This document shows positions 50,253-60,000 of a DNA stretch of 64,000 nucleotides, piece after piece. Source of the DNA: Actinomycetes bacterium. Its GTDB lineage: Bacteria; Actinomycetota; Acidimicrobiia; Acidimicrobiales; Bog-793. The notes below the pieces were generated by a model. It saw only the letters and a list, made by a program, of their open reading frames with translations. It had not been told where the DNA came from and did no database searches. How positions within the stretch are numbered: position 1 is the first letter of the stretch; the number at the start of each line of letters is the position of its first letter. The stretch lies in contig JAKBPI010000004.1 of assembly GCA_021829645.1 (NCBI GenBank), positions 31,750 through 95,749 of the forward strand, written 5' to 3'. The translations under genes were made by a program, and so were the position numbers.

Positions 50253-50473
50253 CTTAAGCCAAGTATAACTGCACCTAAAGCAAAGACGACAGCAACTGTA
50301 ATGGTTAATCTGTCCAGATTTTTTTCCGCCACTGTGGAACCTGCAGCAGCAGATCCTACGGTCGAACCGAACATATCCGACAGCCCGGTACCGCGTCCAC
50401 TGTGAAGTAGAATAAGTAAAATTAGAGCTAAGGAGGCTATTATCTCTACGCCAACCACTAAGTCTGTCAACAT
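50243..50473 (-). CDS. secG: Preprotein translocase subunit SecG
   Basis: ILLHSGRGTGLSDMFG...AEKNLDRLT. Confidence 0.95.
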   Translation of the reverse strand: MLTDLVVGVEIIASLALILLILLHSGRGTGLSDMFGSTVGSAAAGSTVAEKNLDRLTITVAVVFALGAVILGLRWG

Positions 50474-50500
50474 CGAACTTTACCTTTCAAGGATTTTGGA

Positions 50501-50520
50501 TTATCATTGCGCAATGATAA
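50501..50520. promoter_or_regulatory. 20-bp perfect palindrome adjoining the secG -10 element
   Basis: TTATCATTGCGCAATGATAA; TATACT on the minus strand at 50525-50520. Confidence 0.6.
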
Positions 50521-50579
50521 GTATATAAGAAATTTTCCGCTGTAATAAACCATAGCCCAATACGGTCGCTACAAATATC

Positions 50580-50634
50580 AAAAGGCTCTCAACCTTGTAT
50601 ACAGCACGTGGAATAGGTTGAGTATTCAGAGCCT
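50580..50634 (-). terminator. Probable terminator after tpiA
   Basis: Bulged stem AGGCTCT/AGAGCCT plus CTCAACCT/AGGTTGAG, followed by a T-run on the minus strand. Confidence 0.55.
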
Positions 50635-50636
50635 CC

Positions 50637-51434
50637 CTAACGAATCGAACAACAGATTGTCACAAATTTTTTTGCATCTAAACTTGCTCCGCCCACCAAA
50701 AGACCGTTGATGTTTTTCTGGCTGAGTAATTCTGCGGAGTTTTGTTCATTAGCAGAGCCTCCGTATTGTATCGGAATTCCATCTGCCGCTTCAGGTCCGA
50801 CCAATTGACCTATTTCCTCTCTTATATAAGCACACATATCTTCTGCATCTGATGCAGTGGCTGTCATCCCTGTTCCAATAGCCCATATAGGTTCGTAAGC
50901 GACCACAACACGCAGTGCTTCTTCAGTAGAACGTCCGGAAAATATGGCTTGGAGCTGTGTTCTGACCTTCTTATGGGCCTCACCGGCATTCCTCTCTTCG
51001 AGGGTTTCACCTACGCATAAAATCGGATGCATGCCGTGTCGTAAAATTGCATCCGTCTTCTTTCTGACTATTTCATCGGTTTCCAAAAAGTACTCACGAC
51101 GCTCGGAGTGGCCGGTTATGACATACTGGACGCCGAGTTTGGCTAACATATCCGGGCTTACCTCACCGGTATAAGCTCCTTTATCGATATAGTGACAGTT
51201 TTGCGCACCCAAGAAAACCGGTACATGATCGGATTCGATAGCGGTTTGCACCGTCCTGATGGATGTAAAGGGGGGATGGACACTTACCGTCACCGAATCG
51301 GGAAGTACCTTTTCCCCATTTGGTAAATGTAGCAAAGCAGCCAGTTCCTGCACTAGGCGCAGCGCTTCAAAGTGATTTTCGTTCATTTTCCAGTTTCCGC
51401 TTATTAGCACTGGTTTTTCTGGGTTAGCGTTCAT
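50637..51434 (-). CDS. tpiA: Triosephosphate isomerase
   Basis: GNWKMN, GHSERR, AYEPIWAIGTG, LVGGASL. Confidence 0.98.
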   Translation of the reverse strand: MNANPEKPVLISGNWKMNENHFEALRLVQELAALLHLPNGEKVLPDSVTVSVHPPFTSIRTVQTAIESDHVPVFLGAQNCHYIDKGAYTGEVSPDMLAKLGVQYVITGHSERREYFLETDEIVRKKTDAILRHGMHPILCVGETLEERNAGEAHKKVRTQLQAIFSGRSTEEALRVVVAYEPIWAIGTGMTATASDAEDMCAYIREEIGQLVGPEAADGIPIQYGGSANEQNSAELLSQKNINGLLVGGASLDAKKFVTICCSIR

Positions 51435-51550
51435 TCGTTGCCTTTTTGAAATTATTTATTTCGATAACCGTTTTCTTTATCCCTGATAGCAGGGCAAAAA
51501 ATTGCCAAAGCCGCGCCTATTGAGTATTAAAATGTCAGCGCGGCTTGACC

Positions 51551-52711
51551 TCAGTGTGCTTTTGGAGCATTGCGCAATGCAATTAAGCCTGGCAGGTCTC
51601 CCTTTTCTATCAATTCCAGAGATGCCCCGCCTCCGGTTGAGACATGGCTTACTTTGCCTTCAAGCCCTGTTTCGTTGAGAGCTCGTACAGAGTCTCCCCC
51701 ACCGACAACAGAAAAGGCGTTGCTGTTAGCCACGGCTTGAGCTATGGCTATGCTGCCACCGGCAAATCTCTCGTCTTCGAAAGCACCCATGGGACCGTTC
51801 CAGAGAATCGTTGCCGCGGACATAATTTCTCTTGAGAAGTACTCTCGTGTTTTCGGTCCTATGTCAGCAGCTTCGAATCCGTCCGGCACGTCTACGCCTA
51901 TCATTTCTGTTTCACCCTTTTCCTCATCCGATAAATTGTTGGAAAAGTCCAATTTACCCCCTGGCTTGAGGGCAATCAGGTCAATAGGCAGCAGTATGCG
52001 CGGACCGGATGCCAGGAGTTCTGAGCAGGCTTCAATTTTAGACTCATCGACGATAGAGTCACCAGTTGTGTGCCCCAAAGCTTTTTGAAAGGTATAGCTC
52101 ATCCCTCCACCGACCACTATGGCATCGACTTTTTGTGCCAAAGATTTCAGGAGGCTCAATTTATCGGCGATTTTGGCTCCTCCCACTATGGCAATGAAAG
52201 GTCTTTCAGGCTCATTTAGTAGCTTTGACATCATCTGAGCTTCTTTTTCCAATTGTCTACCTGCCGCCGAGGGAAGGTATTTAGGCGGACCTACGACAGA
52301 GGCATGACTTCTATGAGAAACGGCAAACGCGTCATTGACGTAAAGATCCTGACCGGCAATTAACTCTTGCACAAATGCATCGTCGTTTGTTTCTTCACCT
52401 GGGTTAAACCTAACGTTTTCTAAAAACGTTACCGGTCCGACTAGTTCAGCCAGTCTTTTTTCCACAGGATCCAGTACATAACGCTCATCGTATTTACCTT
52501 TCGGTCTGCCAAAGTGACTCATAACAGTCACAACAGCACCGTGAGCCAGAAGCCATTCAATAGTGGGTACAGTGGAAATAATGCGGTAATCATCCGTAAT
52601 GACTGTCTTGCCATCAGGACCTTCTGCTATAGGACAATTGAAATCGGCACGCAGAAGCACCCTTTTACCTGATACATCGCCCAAATCTTCTAATACAGGA
52701 AATCCTTCCAT
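51551..52711 (-). CDS. pgk: Phosphoglycerate kinase
   Basis: RADFNCP, SHFGRP, WNGPMG, GGGDS, STGGGASL. Confidence 0.98.
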   Translation of the reverse strand: MEGFPVLEDLGDVSGKRVLLRADFNCPIAEGPDGKTVITDDYRIISTVPTIEWLLAHGAVVTVMSHFGRPKGKYDERYVLDPVEKRLAELVGPVTFLENVRFNPGEETNDDAFVQELIAGQDLYVNDAFAVSHRSHASVVGPPKYLPSAAGRQLEKEAQMMSKLLNEPERPFIAIVGGAKIADKLSLLKSLAQKVDAIVVGGGMSYTFQKALGHTTGDSIVDESKIEACSELLASGPRILLPIDLIALKPGGKLDFSNNLSDEEKGETEMIGVDVPDGFEAADIGPKTREYFSREIMSAATILWNGPMGAFEDERFAGGSIAIAQAVANSNAFSVVGGGDSVRALNETGLEGKVSHVSTGGGASLELIEKGDLPGLIALRNAPKAH

Positions 52712-52718
52712 TAAAACC

Positions 52719-53735
52719 TCAGGCTACGACTATTTGTGTCATGTCGACAAGGCGGTTGGAGTAGCCCCATTCATTGTCGTACCAACCGAAGACTTTCACA
52801 AGTGTGGTGTCATTTCCCAGAGGCATTGCCAAAGTCAGTTTTGAGTCAAATGTGCATGAAGCAGGCGTACCAACAATGTCTGAGGACACTATTTCTTCGT
52901 CGGAGTAGACCAATACTTTGGAGATAGGACCTTCAGAAGCAGCTTTTTGGAAAGCTTCGTTAACTTTTTCGACGTTAAGATCTCCGGAGACGATGGCCGT
53001 AAAGTCTGTGATAGACCCTACCGGAACAGGTACGCGCAAAGAGTGACCATCCAAGCGTCCTTTCATTGCCGTCAAAACCAGGGAGGTGGCACGTGCCGCG
53101 CCCGTTGTGGTGGGTACGATGTTGACGGCAGCCGCTCTGGCACGACGCAAGTTATCTCTTCCCAGATCGAGGAGTTCTTGATCGTTGGTGTAGGCGTGTA
53201 TGGTCGTCATGAGCCCGTGTTCCACACCAAAAGTATCGTCAAGTACTTTTACCATTGGTACAAAACAGTTAGTGGTGCAGGAAGCACAAGAAATCACATC
53301 GTGATTTTCTTTGTCGTAATCTTGATCGTTGACACCTACGACAAAAGTTGCGTCTGCATCACCGGAAGGTCCGGAAATAATAACTTTTTTTACTCCGGAC
53401 TCCAAGTGAGAAGCAGCGTCAGTTCTTTTAGTGAAACGCCCTGTGGATTCTATGACGACATCGACATCGTACTTACCCCAAGGAATATCGGCAGGATTTC
53501 TTTCGGCGAAAATGGCTATTTCTTTGCCATCTACCACCAAAGCATCATCTTTGACTTCTACCTTTTCCTTGAGTCTACCCTGTGTTGAGTCATAACGCAG
53601 TAGGTGGGCATTTGTTTTTGTGCTGAGCAAGTCGTTTATGGCTACAACTTCAATATCTGCTTTGCTCTCCAGAACGGCTCTTAAATAATTTCGACCTATA
53701 CGTCCAAACCCATTGATACCTACTTTAACCGTCAT
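52719..53735 (-). CDS. gap: Glyceraldehyde-3-phosphate dehydrogenase, type I
   Basis: GINGFGRIGR, ASCTTNC, WYDNEWGYS. Confidence 0.98.
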   Translation of the reverse strand: MTVKVGINGFGRIGRNYLRAVLESKADIEVVAINDLLSTKTNAHLLRYDSTQGRLKEKVEVKDDALVVDGKEIAIFAERNPADIPWGKYDVDVVIESTGRFTKRTDAASHLESGVKKVIISGPSGDADATFVVGVNDQDYDKENHDVISCASCTTNCFVPMVKVLDDTFGVEHGLMTTIHAYTNDQELLDLGRDNLRRARAAAVNIVPTTTGAARATSLVLTAMKGRLDGHSLRVPVPVGSITDFTAIVSGDLNVEKVNEAFQKAASEGPISKVLVYSDEEIVSSDIVGTPASCTFDSKLTLAMPLGNDTTLVKVFGWYDNEWGYSNRLVDMTQIVVA

Positions 53736-54052
53736 GTATTCTCCTTCCCGACCTTAGCCGTTATTTTATTCAACTGTACTTATCTTGTCATACAAGACAT
53801 CACCACAAAAGGGCACAAAGCCCTAATAACTATATGTCATCTTACCGTATAGCTAGTGGCGTTTAGGTTAAAAATTACCAGAGACAAACAGGTAAAGCTT
53901 TTGATCGCAGATAAAATACCTGATATTGATAGAATTGATAGCCTGTACAGAAATGTTTTCAGGTTTTTAAACCTCTTGGTGCTAACGGATAATTGTGTTA
54001 AGTTTGCATGGCAAAGCTTAGCTATACGTTGAAAAATCTTTAGATGACAACT

Positions 54053-54988
54053 TCAAGACAAGCTTTCGCGCCAAATTTGCTCTAGGGCTTGAGCCAGTAA
54101 AAAAGGAGCATGAACGAGACCGTCTTTATCGGCAAGATCTGAGGTAATCGAGCGAACATGCGGTGGTATAACACCGTGCTCTATGTAGTGATCCGGTGGT
54201 AACAGTAGAATTTCACACTCAAACCCATGAAGTGAAAGTGCCTCCAGATGGTCGGCAATGCTGTATCCGCGGGTTTCATTATTCTGAGTATGTAGATTTG
54301 CTATATAAATTTTTTGTCCGGGAGAAGCATGAAAAGCTTCTCGAATGCCGTCCGCCAGCAGAGCAGCCAATAAAGAAGTGTAAAGGGAACCTGGACCTAT
54401 GATAATTTGATCTGCTTCTGCAATGGAAGAGATAGCAGCATCGGGGGCTTTGACATCAGCGCCAATGAGTTTGACCCGGGATATATCGCTGCGTCCGGTG
54501 ATTTCTATTTGTCCTCTTACTTCTGCGCCCGATTTGGTGATTGCAGCAAGCGTAACGTTACCGTTGCAGGCCGGCAATACGTTACCTAGCAGATTAAGAC
54601 TACAGGCAAATTCTCTACTGGCTGCTTCCAAGCTATTGGTTATCTGATAAAGACCGGCTAAAACAAAGTTACCCACCGGGTGATCCAGAAATCGGCCCTC
54701 TGTGAAACGATAGGACATCGTTTGAGTAAGTGAATCGTTCTCATCGGCAAGCGCCAACAGGCAACGCCGCATATCACCGATAGCGGGCATGTTCAGTTCG
54801 TCCCGAAAAACTTTGGATGAGCCGCCGTTATCCGCCACCGAAACAATCGCTGTTATTTTACCTGCATATTCTTTTAGGGCCGTCAGCGTCTGCGCCAAAC
54901 CGTGACCGCCACCCAAAGCAACGACTTTTGGCTTTTCGGTAACCGGAAAAGGTCGTTTTGGTTTTTTATTTTCTGCATTTTCTGACAT
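54053..54988 (-). CDS. yvcK: YvcK/GlmR (CuvA) family protein
   Basis: GGGHGL, VADNGGSS, GDMRRCL, GPGSLYTS. Confidence 0.93.
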   Translation of the reverse strand: MSENAENKKPKRPFPVTEKPKVVALGGGHGLAQTLTALKEYAGKITAIVSVADNGGSSKVFRDELNMPAIGDMRRCLLALADENDSLTQTMSYRFTEGRFLDHPVGNFVLAGLYQITNSLEAASREFACSLNLLGNVLPACNGNVTLAAITKSGAEVRGQIEITGRSDISRVKLIGADVKAPDAAISSIAEADQIIIGPGSLYTSLLAALLADGIREAFHASPGQKIYIANLHTQNNETRGYSIADHLEALSLHGFECEILLLPPDHYIEHGVIPPHVRSITSDLADKDGLVHAPFLLAQALEQIWRESLS

Positions 54989-55020
54989 AACTTTGGTGAA
55001 AAACTTGTTTGATAAAAAAT

Positions 55021-55875
55021 TTATTTGGTGATATCTCTGTGTCTTACGATTGCTTCGAAATCACGCGCCTGTATTCTTTTGAGCAGTTCTTCGGCAATAA
55101 CTACCGACCTGTGCTTACCTCCCGTACAGCCTATACCGATCGATAGGTAGGATTTACCCTCTTTGGTGTATTCCGGTAGCAAAAACCCGAACAGGTCATC
55201 AAGTCGTGTAAGCAGTTCCAGGGATTCTTGAAAGGAAAGTACGTAGTCTCTTACCTCTTTTTCCAAACCGGTATGTGTTCGCAAAGACTTTACCCAATGC
55301 GGATTGGGCAAGAACCTACAGTCCAAAACAATGTCGCAGTCAAGAGGAAGACCGTACTTGTATCCAAAAGAAACTATTGAGAGCTCCATATTGGCAGAAG
55401 TGTTAGCGTCAGAAAAGAGTTTCACCAACTGATTCCTCAATTCATGGACGTTTAAGTTAGTGGTGTCGATTACTATATCGGCAATTTCGCGCAGGTCTTT
55501 CATGGTCTCACGCTCGGCTTTGATAGCGTCCAGAAGGCCTTCGGCTTCCAACGGATGCTTTCTTCTGGTGCCTTCGTAGCGTTGTACCAAAGCCTCATCG
55601 GATGCGTCCAAAAAGAGTATTCTTGAGGTGCTATCTTGACGTCTTAGGTGCGTCAGTACCGGCAAAATTTCACTGGTCGCTTCAGATCCACCGCGCCCCA
55701 GCACAAAACAAAACTTTTCCTGTTCAGACCCTCTTTGTTCCACCAATTCCATTACTTTTCCGATAAGCGAAGGTGGTAGGTTGTCGACAACAAACCAACC
55801 CAGATCTTCAAGAGTGGCGGCGGCAGAAGACCTGCCGGCACCGGAAAGTCCTGTGGCAAATAAATATTTTGTCAT
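55021..55875 (-). CDS. rapZ: RNase adapter RapZ/YvcJ
   Basis: TGLSGAGRS, VDNLPP, SFGYKYG, DCRFLPNP, GCTGGKHRS; ATG 55875 has a GGAGG SD. Confidence 0.95.
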   Translation of the reverse strand: MTKYLFATGLSGAGRSSAAATLEDLGWFVVDNLPPSLIGKVMELVEQRGSEQEKFCFVLGRGGSEATSEILPVLTHLRRQDSTSRILFLDASDEALVQRYEGTRRKHPLEAEGLLDAIKAERETMKDLREIADIVIDTTNLNVHELRNQLVKLFSDANTSANMELSIVSFGYKYGLPLDCDIVLDCRFLPNPHWVKSLRTHTGLEKEVRDYVLSFQESLELLTRLDDLFGFLLPEYTKEGKSYLSIGIGCTGGKHRSVVIAEELLKRIQARDFEAIVRHRDITK

Positions 55876-55948
55876 TTGTATACCTCCGGATTGAGCCAAA
55901 ACAGCATATGAGTCATTCTACAATCTACTTTCCAATTCGACAAAGAAA

Positions 55949-56725
55949 TTAAACGGCCTGTAAAGGATATCGATGCTCGAACACCATAGCCAACAGCCTT
56001 GGAATGGCTGATTCTAACTCAGGGGCTACCGACTGGTCGATCAGGTTTTCCAGAGGTGAAGGTTCAACCATTTGAACCAGAACGAAATCCATTTCCGCCA
56101 AGGGATTGATATAACGGCTGATCGGTCTATGAGCAAATGGCAACATAACACCGGGATCCACCTCTTCAACGGCAACGTCTTCGACAAGATAAGGTCCAAC
56201 CCGCCAATATTTTTCTCCGAGAATCTGGTCATCTATCAGACCGCTTCCGGTTCCCTGAAAGAATGGATGATTGATCAGCAGAATAAATTTTCCACCTGGT
56301 TTAAGTACCCTGGCAACTTCTCTTAACACCATGTCTTGATCTACGGTATGCTCTATGACCAAACAACATACGGCCATTTCATAGCTGTTGTCTGGAAATG
56401 GCAGACATTCAGCCACCCCTTCAACATAAAAAATTCTGTCTTTGGCATCATCTTTTATCAATAGGGCATTTTGCAATTGGGCTTCTGAAGGGTCTATACC
56501 AACCACAAAAAGTTCGCCGGATAGCGCCGCTATAGACCTGGCAATCTGACCTTCACCTGACCCAATGTCTAACACCAACCCCTTTTTGTCTACGAGCTGT
56601 AAAATCAAAGGGATAATGAGAGCGTCATACTCTTCGTCTCTGCCTTGGGTAAAGGTGTCCTTCCACCATTGAGCGTGTTGATTCCATATTTTGTAATCAG
56701 AAATCGACAGTTCTTTTCCGTTCAT
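55949..56725 (-). CDS. Class I SAM-dependent methyltransferase
   Basis: VLDIGSGEG, AECLPF, RVLKPGG. Confidence 0.9.
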   Translation of the reverse strand: MNGKELSISDYKIWNQHAQWWKDTFTQGRDEEYDALIIPLILQLVDKKGLVLDIGSGEGQIARSIAALSGELFVVGIDPSEAQLQNALLIKDDAKDRIFYVEGVAECLPFPDNSYEMAVCCLVIEHTVDQDMVLREVARVLKPGGKFILLINHPFFQGTGSGLIDDQILGEKYWRVGPYLVEDVAVEEVDPGVMLPFAHRPISRYINPLAEMDFVLVQMVEPSPLENLIDQSVAPELESAIPRLLAMVFEHRYPLQAV

Positions 56726-56737
56726 AAATATCCAATC

Positions 56738-58696
56738 TCAAAAAGGTTTGCTTTTGTTCGGCATATTATCAGCCGCAAATGATAAGGGATGCAATTTCTT
56801 CCAAACAGCTTCGCGCACATTCCGGGGAAGCCAGATACAAAGCTCCAGCTCTTCCCGGGAAGCATTTTTCAGTTTAGCTATACTGCCAAAATGCACTAAC
56901 AGCTTTTGTTTTCTCTTTTCGCCTAGGCCTGCTATGTCGTCCAATAAATTAGATCTCATACGTTTGCCGCGAAGTTCTCTATGGAATCCTATGGCAAAAC
57001 GATGTGCTTCATCTCTGATCTGTTGCAACAAAAAGATTGCTTCACAATTGCGTGGAATGGCCATAGGTTCTGAGTGACCGGGTCTGTAAACCTCTTCATA
57101 TCTTTTAGCCAGGGCAGCCAACTCTAAGTTTTCTGTCAATCCGAGTTCTTCGACCACTTTGATACCTACCGACAACTGACCTTTACCTCCGTCAAGCAAA
57201 ATTAGGTTTGGTCGATAGGCAAAGCGTCTTAGTGGTTTTTTGTTCCCGGTTTTTTCTTCCGGAGCAACGCTGTAAGGTGTCGTTTCTTCTACTTCTGCCC
57301 GTGAAAGACTTTCGTCGTTTGGATAGAGGTGTCCGAGCCGCCTTGTTAGAACCTCTGCCATGGCGCCAAAATCGTCATTGCCCTGAACTGCCGACACCTT
57401 GAATCGTCTGTAGTCACTTTTTTTAAGTAGCCCGTCTTCCATAACTACCATGGATCCGACGTAGTCACTCCCCTGCAGGTGGCTCATGTCGTAACATTCT
57501 ATCCGCAAAGGTGCTTCTTTTAGACGGAGGTATGTTTGCAGTTCTTCCAAGGCTTTTGATCTTGCGTTGAGATCGACCGCGCGCTTATTCCTATGTCGTT
57601 TTAGCTGTTCTTCGGCATTCGTCACTGCCAAATCCAGTAAGGTTCTCTTTCTGCCTCTCTCAGGACGCCTGATGGTAATTTTTCGTTTTTTCTCGCTCTG
57701 CGATGTGAGCAGTTCTTCGTAGGTAATTTTGTCGGTGGGAACATGACTAATGAAAATCTCTGTCGGAATTTCCAAGGGGGTATTTAAATAAAGCGTTTCT
57801 AAAACTTTTTGCGCTACCTCCTCCTTTTTCAACGGTTCTACTTTTTCTAAAATAAGACCCTGTCGGCCCACTACCCTGCCCCAACGTATGTGTAATACCT
57901 GAGCGGCTGCTTCCAACTCGTCATCTTTTATACCCACGATGTCGAACTCTTCGTTGTCTGTTCCCACAATTTCTTGGTCTTGAGAGGCAAGTTTAACCGC
58001 TTCGATGCCATCTCTGAATTTTGCGGCTAGTTCAAATTCCTGATTAGCTGAAGCCTGCTGCATGGAGGCCTCTAATTGTTTAATAACCTGCTTGGCATTG
58101 CCATCGAATACATTGCCCAAACCGTCAGTCATCTGTTTGTAGTCGCTCTTAGTGACGGCATCTATACATGGTCCGGCACACTTTTCAATGTCATACAAAA
58201 GACATGGTTTGCCAATTTTTTTATGTCTAGAAAATTTATTGTCAGAACAGGTTCTGATAGGAAAAGATCTGAGCAGTATGTCAAGACTTTTTCTGACCGC
58301 ATACGAGTGCACAAACGGACCAAAGTAGCGGTTTCCTTTGGTAAAAGCCCCTCTGACAATTGATACGCGCGGCCATTCGTCGGACATTGTTATCACTAAG
58401 TACGGATAGCTTTTATCGTCTATGAGCCTTACGTTGAATCTGGGCTTGTAGTGCTTGATTAGGGAATATTCAAGCAAAGTTGCTTCCGTGTCAGAGCGAA
58501 CTGTAATCCATTCCACAGATTCGGCTGTTTGCAGCATCTGTCTGGTTCTGATATGGAGCGACTGATAGTCTTGAAAGTAGCTGCCGACTCGATTCTTTAA
58601 GGATTTTGCTTTGCCGACATAAATAATTCTTCCTTCTTTGTCAATGAATTGATAAGAACCGGGTACATCGGGAATGTCGGTAGGTTTTTTAAGCAC
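56738..58696 (-). CDS. uvrC: Excinuclease ABC subunit C
   Basis: GIY-YIG (IIYVGKAKSL), RIECYDMSH, LLDGGKGQL, RDEAHRFA, HhH; GTG 58696 preferred to avoid overlap with nadA. Confidence 0.97.
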   Translation of the reverse strand: MLKKPTDIPDVPGSYQFIDKEGRIIYVGKAKSLKNRVGSYFQDYQSLHIRTRQMLQTAESVEWITVRSDTEATLLEYSLIKHYKPRFNVRLIDDKSYPYLVITMSDEWPRVSIVRGAFTKGNRYFGPFVHSYAVRKSLDILLRSFPIRTCSDNKFSRHKKIGKPCLLYDIEKCAGPCIDAVTKSDYKQMTDGLGNVFDGNAKQVIKQLEASMQQASANQEFELAAKFRDGIEAVKLASQDQEIVGTDNEEFDIVGIKDDELEAAAQVLHIRWGRVVGRQGLILEKVEPLKKEEVAQKVLETLYLNTPLEIPTEIFISHVPTDKITYEELLTSQSEKKRKITIRRPERGRKRTLLDLAVTNAEEQLKRHRNKRAVDLNARSKALEELQTYLRLKEAPLRIECYDMSHLQGSDYVGSMVVMEDGLLKKSDYRRFKVSAVQGNDDFGAMAEVLTRRLGHLYPNDESLSRAEVEETTPYSVAPEEKTGNKKPLRRFAYRPNLILLDGGKGQLSVGIKVVEELGLTENLELAALAKRYEEVYRPGHSEPMAIPRNCEAIFLLQQIRDEAHRFAIGFHRELRGKRMRSNLLDDIAGLGEKRKQKLLVHFGSIAKLKNASREELELCIWLPRNVREAVWKKLHPLSFAADNMPNKSKPF

Positions 58697-58746
58697 TATA
58701 ATATTTATAACATGTCGGCCTGGCATCCGGCATAAAATATGAATCG

Positions 58747-59973
58747 TTGTCGACATACCCGCGGATGGGCGTCCAGGCTGTCCCCGCCGACTATAAGCGG
58801 TTCATCGAGAAAAAGGTGAATAAGATGCTCAGATTGCAGCAAAGGCTTGACACAAAGTATGAGCAAGCCGACGATCGGGAACTTGTCGACATCATTACGC
58901 AGTCCAAAAAAACCCTTGGAGAAAAAATTGTCATTCTGGGACATCACTATCAACGTGACGAAATAATACAATTTGCCGACAAAACCGGAGATTCTCTGGC
59001 ACTTTCCAGGTATGCGGCCGGACAGGACAGTGCCTCACACGTGGTATTTTGCGGTGTTGAGTTTATGGCAGAAGCCGCTGACATATTAACGGGTGATCAC
59101 CAAAAAGTAATTTTGCCCGATCTTGGGGCGGGGTGTTCCATGGCTGATATGGCTGACATTGACAGTGTCGAACTCGCCTGGAAAGAATTGTCGCAGTTGA
59201 CAGATATGGATTCGGTCATACCTGTTACCTACATAAATTCATCAGCGGCGATTAAAAATTTTGTCGGACGTCACAACGGTGCAGTATGCACGTCATCGAA
59301 TGCCGGTAGTATTATCCGTTGGGCACTGGGGCTGGATCTCAAGCAGGACATAAAAGGTTCAGAGCTTGTCCGTGAGGCAAAACAACAGGGCAAAAAAGTG
59401 TTTTTCTTTCCCGATCAACATCTGGCCATCAATACCGCTTGGCAAATGGGGTTTTCTACAAGCGACAATGTTTTATACGATCCCGATTTGGAGTTTGGCG
59501 GTATCACGAAAGAGAACATTGACACTGCCAGTTTTATTTTATGGAAAGGACACTGTTCCGTTCATCAAAGGTTTACTGTTTCGCAGATTCAATATTTCCG
59601 CAATCTCCACAAAGACGCCATTGTGATGGCCCATCCCGAGTGCTCAAATGAGGTAATCAAAGCAGCCGATATCGTAGGTTCCACAGATGCCATCATTAGG
59701 GCAGTGGCTTCGGCGCCAAAAGGGTCTCATATCGGCATTGCGACCGAAGTACATCTTGTCAATAGATTAGCAAATAGCTACACTGATAGACATATAGAAT
59801 GCCTTGATCCGATCCTATGTCCGTGTGCCACCATGAACCGCATAGATTTGCCGCATTTGGCATGGATTATGGAAAACCTGACTAATGGTGTGGTTCACAA
59901 TCAGATTGTTGTGGACGAAATAATTAAAGAAGGTGCAAGAATCGCTCTCGACAGAATGTTACGGATAGTCTAA
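58747..59973 (+). CDS. nadA: Quinolinate synthase
   Basis: ILGHHYQ, FCGVEFMAE, AGCSMA, YINS, CSVH, AHPEC, CATM. Confidence 0.96.
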   Translation: MSTYPRMGVQAVPADYKRFIEKKVNKMLRLQQRLDTKYEQADDRELVDIITQSKKTLGEKIVILGHHYQRDEIIQFADKTGDSLALSRYAAGQDSASHVVFCGVEFMAEAADILTGDHQKVILPDLGAGCSMADMADIDSVELAWKELSQLTDMDSVIPVTYINSSAAIKNFVGRHNGAVCTSSNAGSIIRWALGLDLKQDIKGSELVREAKQQGKKVFFFPDQHLAINTAWQMGFSTSDNVLYDPDLEFGGITKENIDTASFILWKGHCSVHQRFTVSQIQYFRNLHKDAIVMAHPECSNEVIKAADIVGSTDAIIRAVASAPKGSHIGIATEVHLVNRLANSYTDRHIECLDPILCPCATMNRIDLPHLAWIMENLTNGVVHNQIVVDEIIKEGARIALDRMLRIV

Positions 59974-60000
59974 GTCTTCACGCATGACGATATCAACCGG

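Noticed and set aside
52947-53588. 213-aa ORF antisense to gap, and similar antisense ORFs over fliD, rpsA, polA and uvrA
   Set aside because: Shadow frames of conserved genes with no independent motifs.
58697-58746. LexA or PafBC damage-response motif upstream of uvrC
   Set aside because: No GAAC-N4-GTTC; the TGTCGG present has the wrong strand and spacing.
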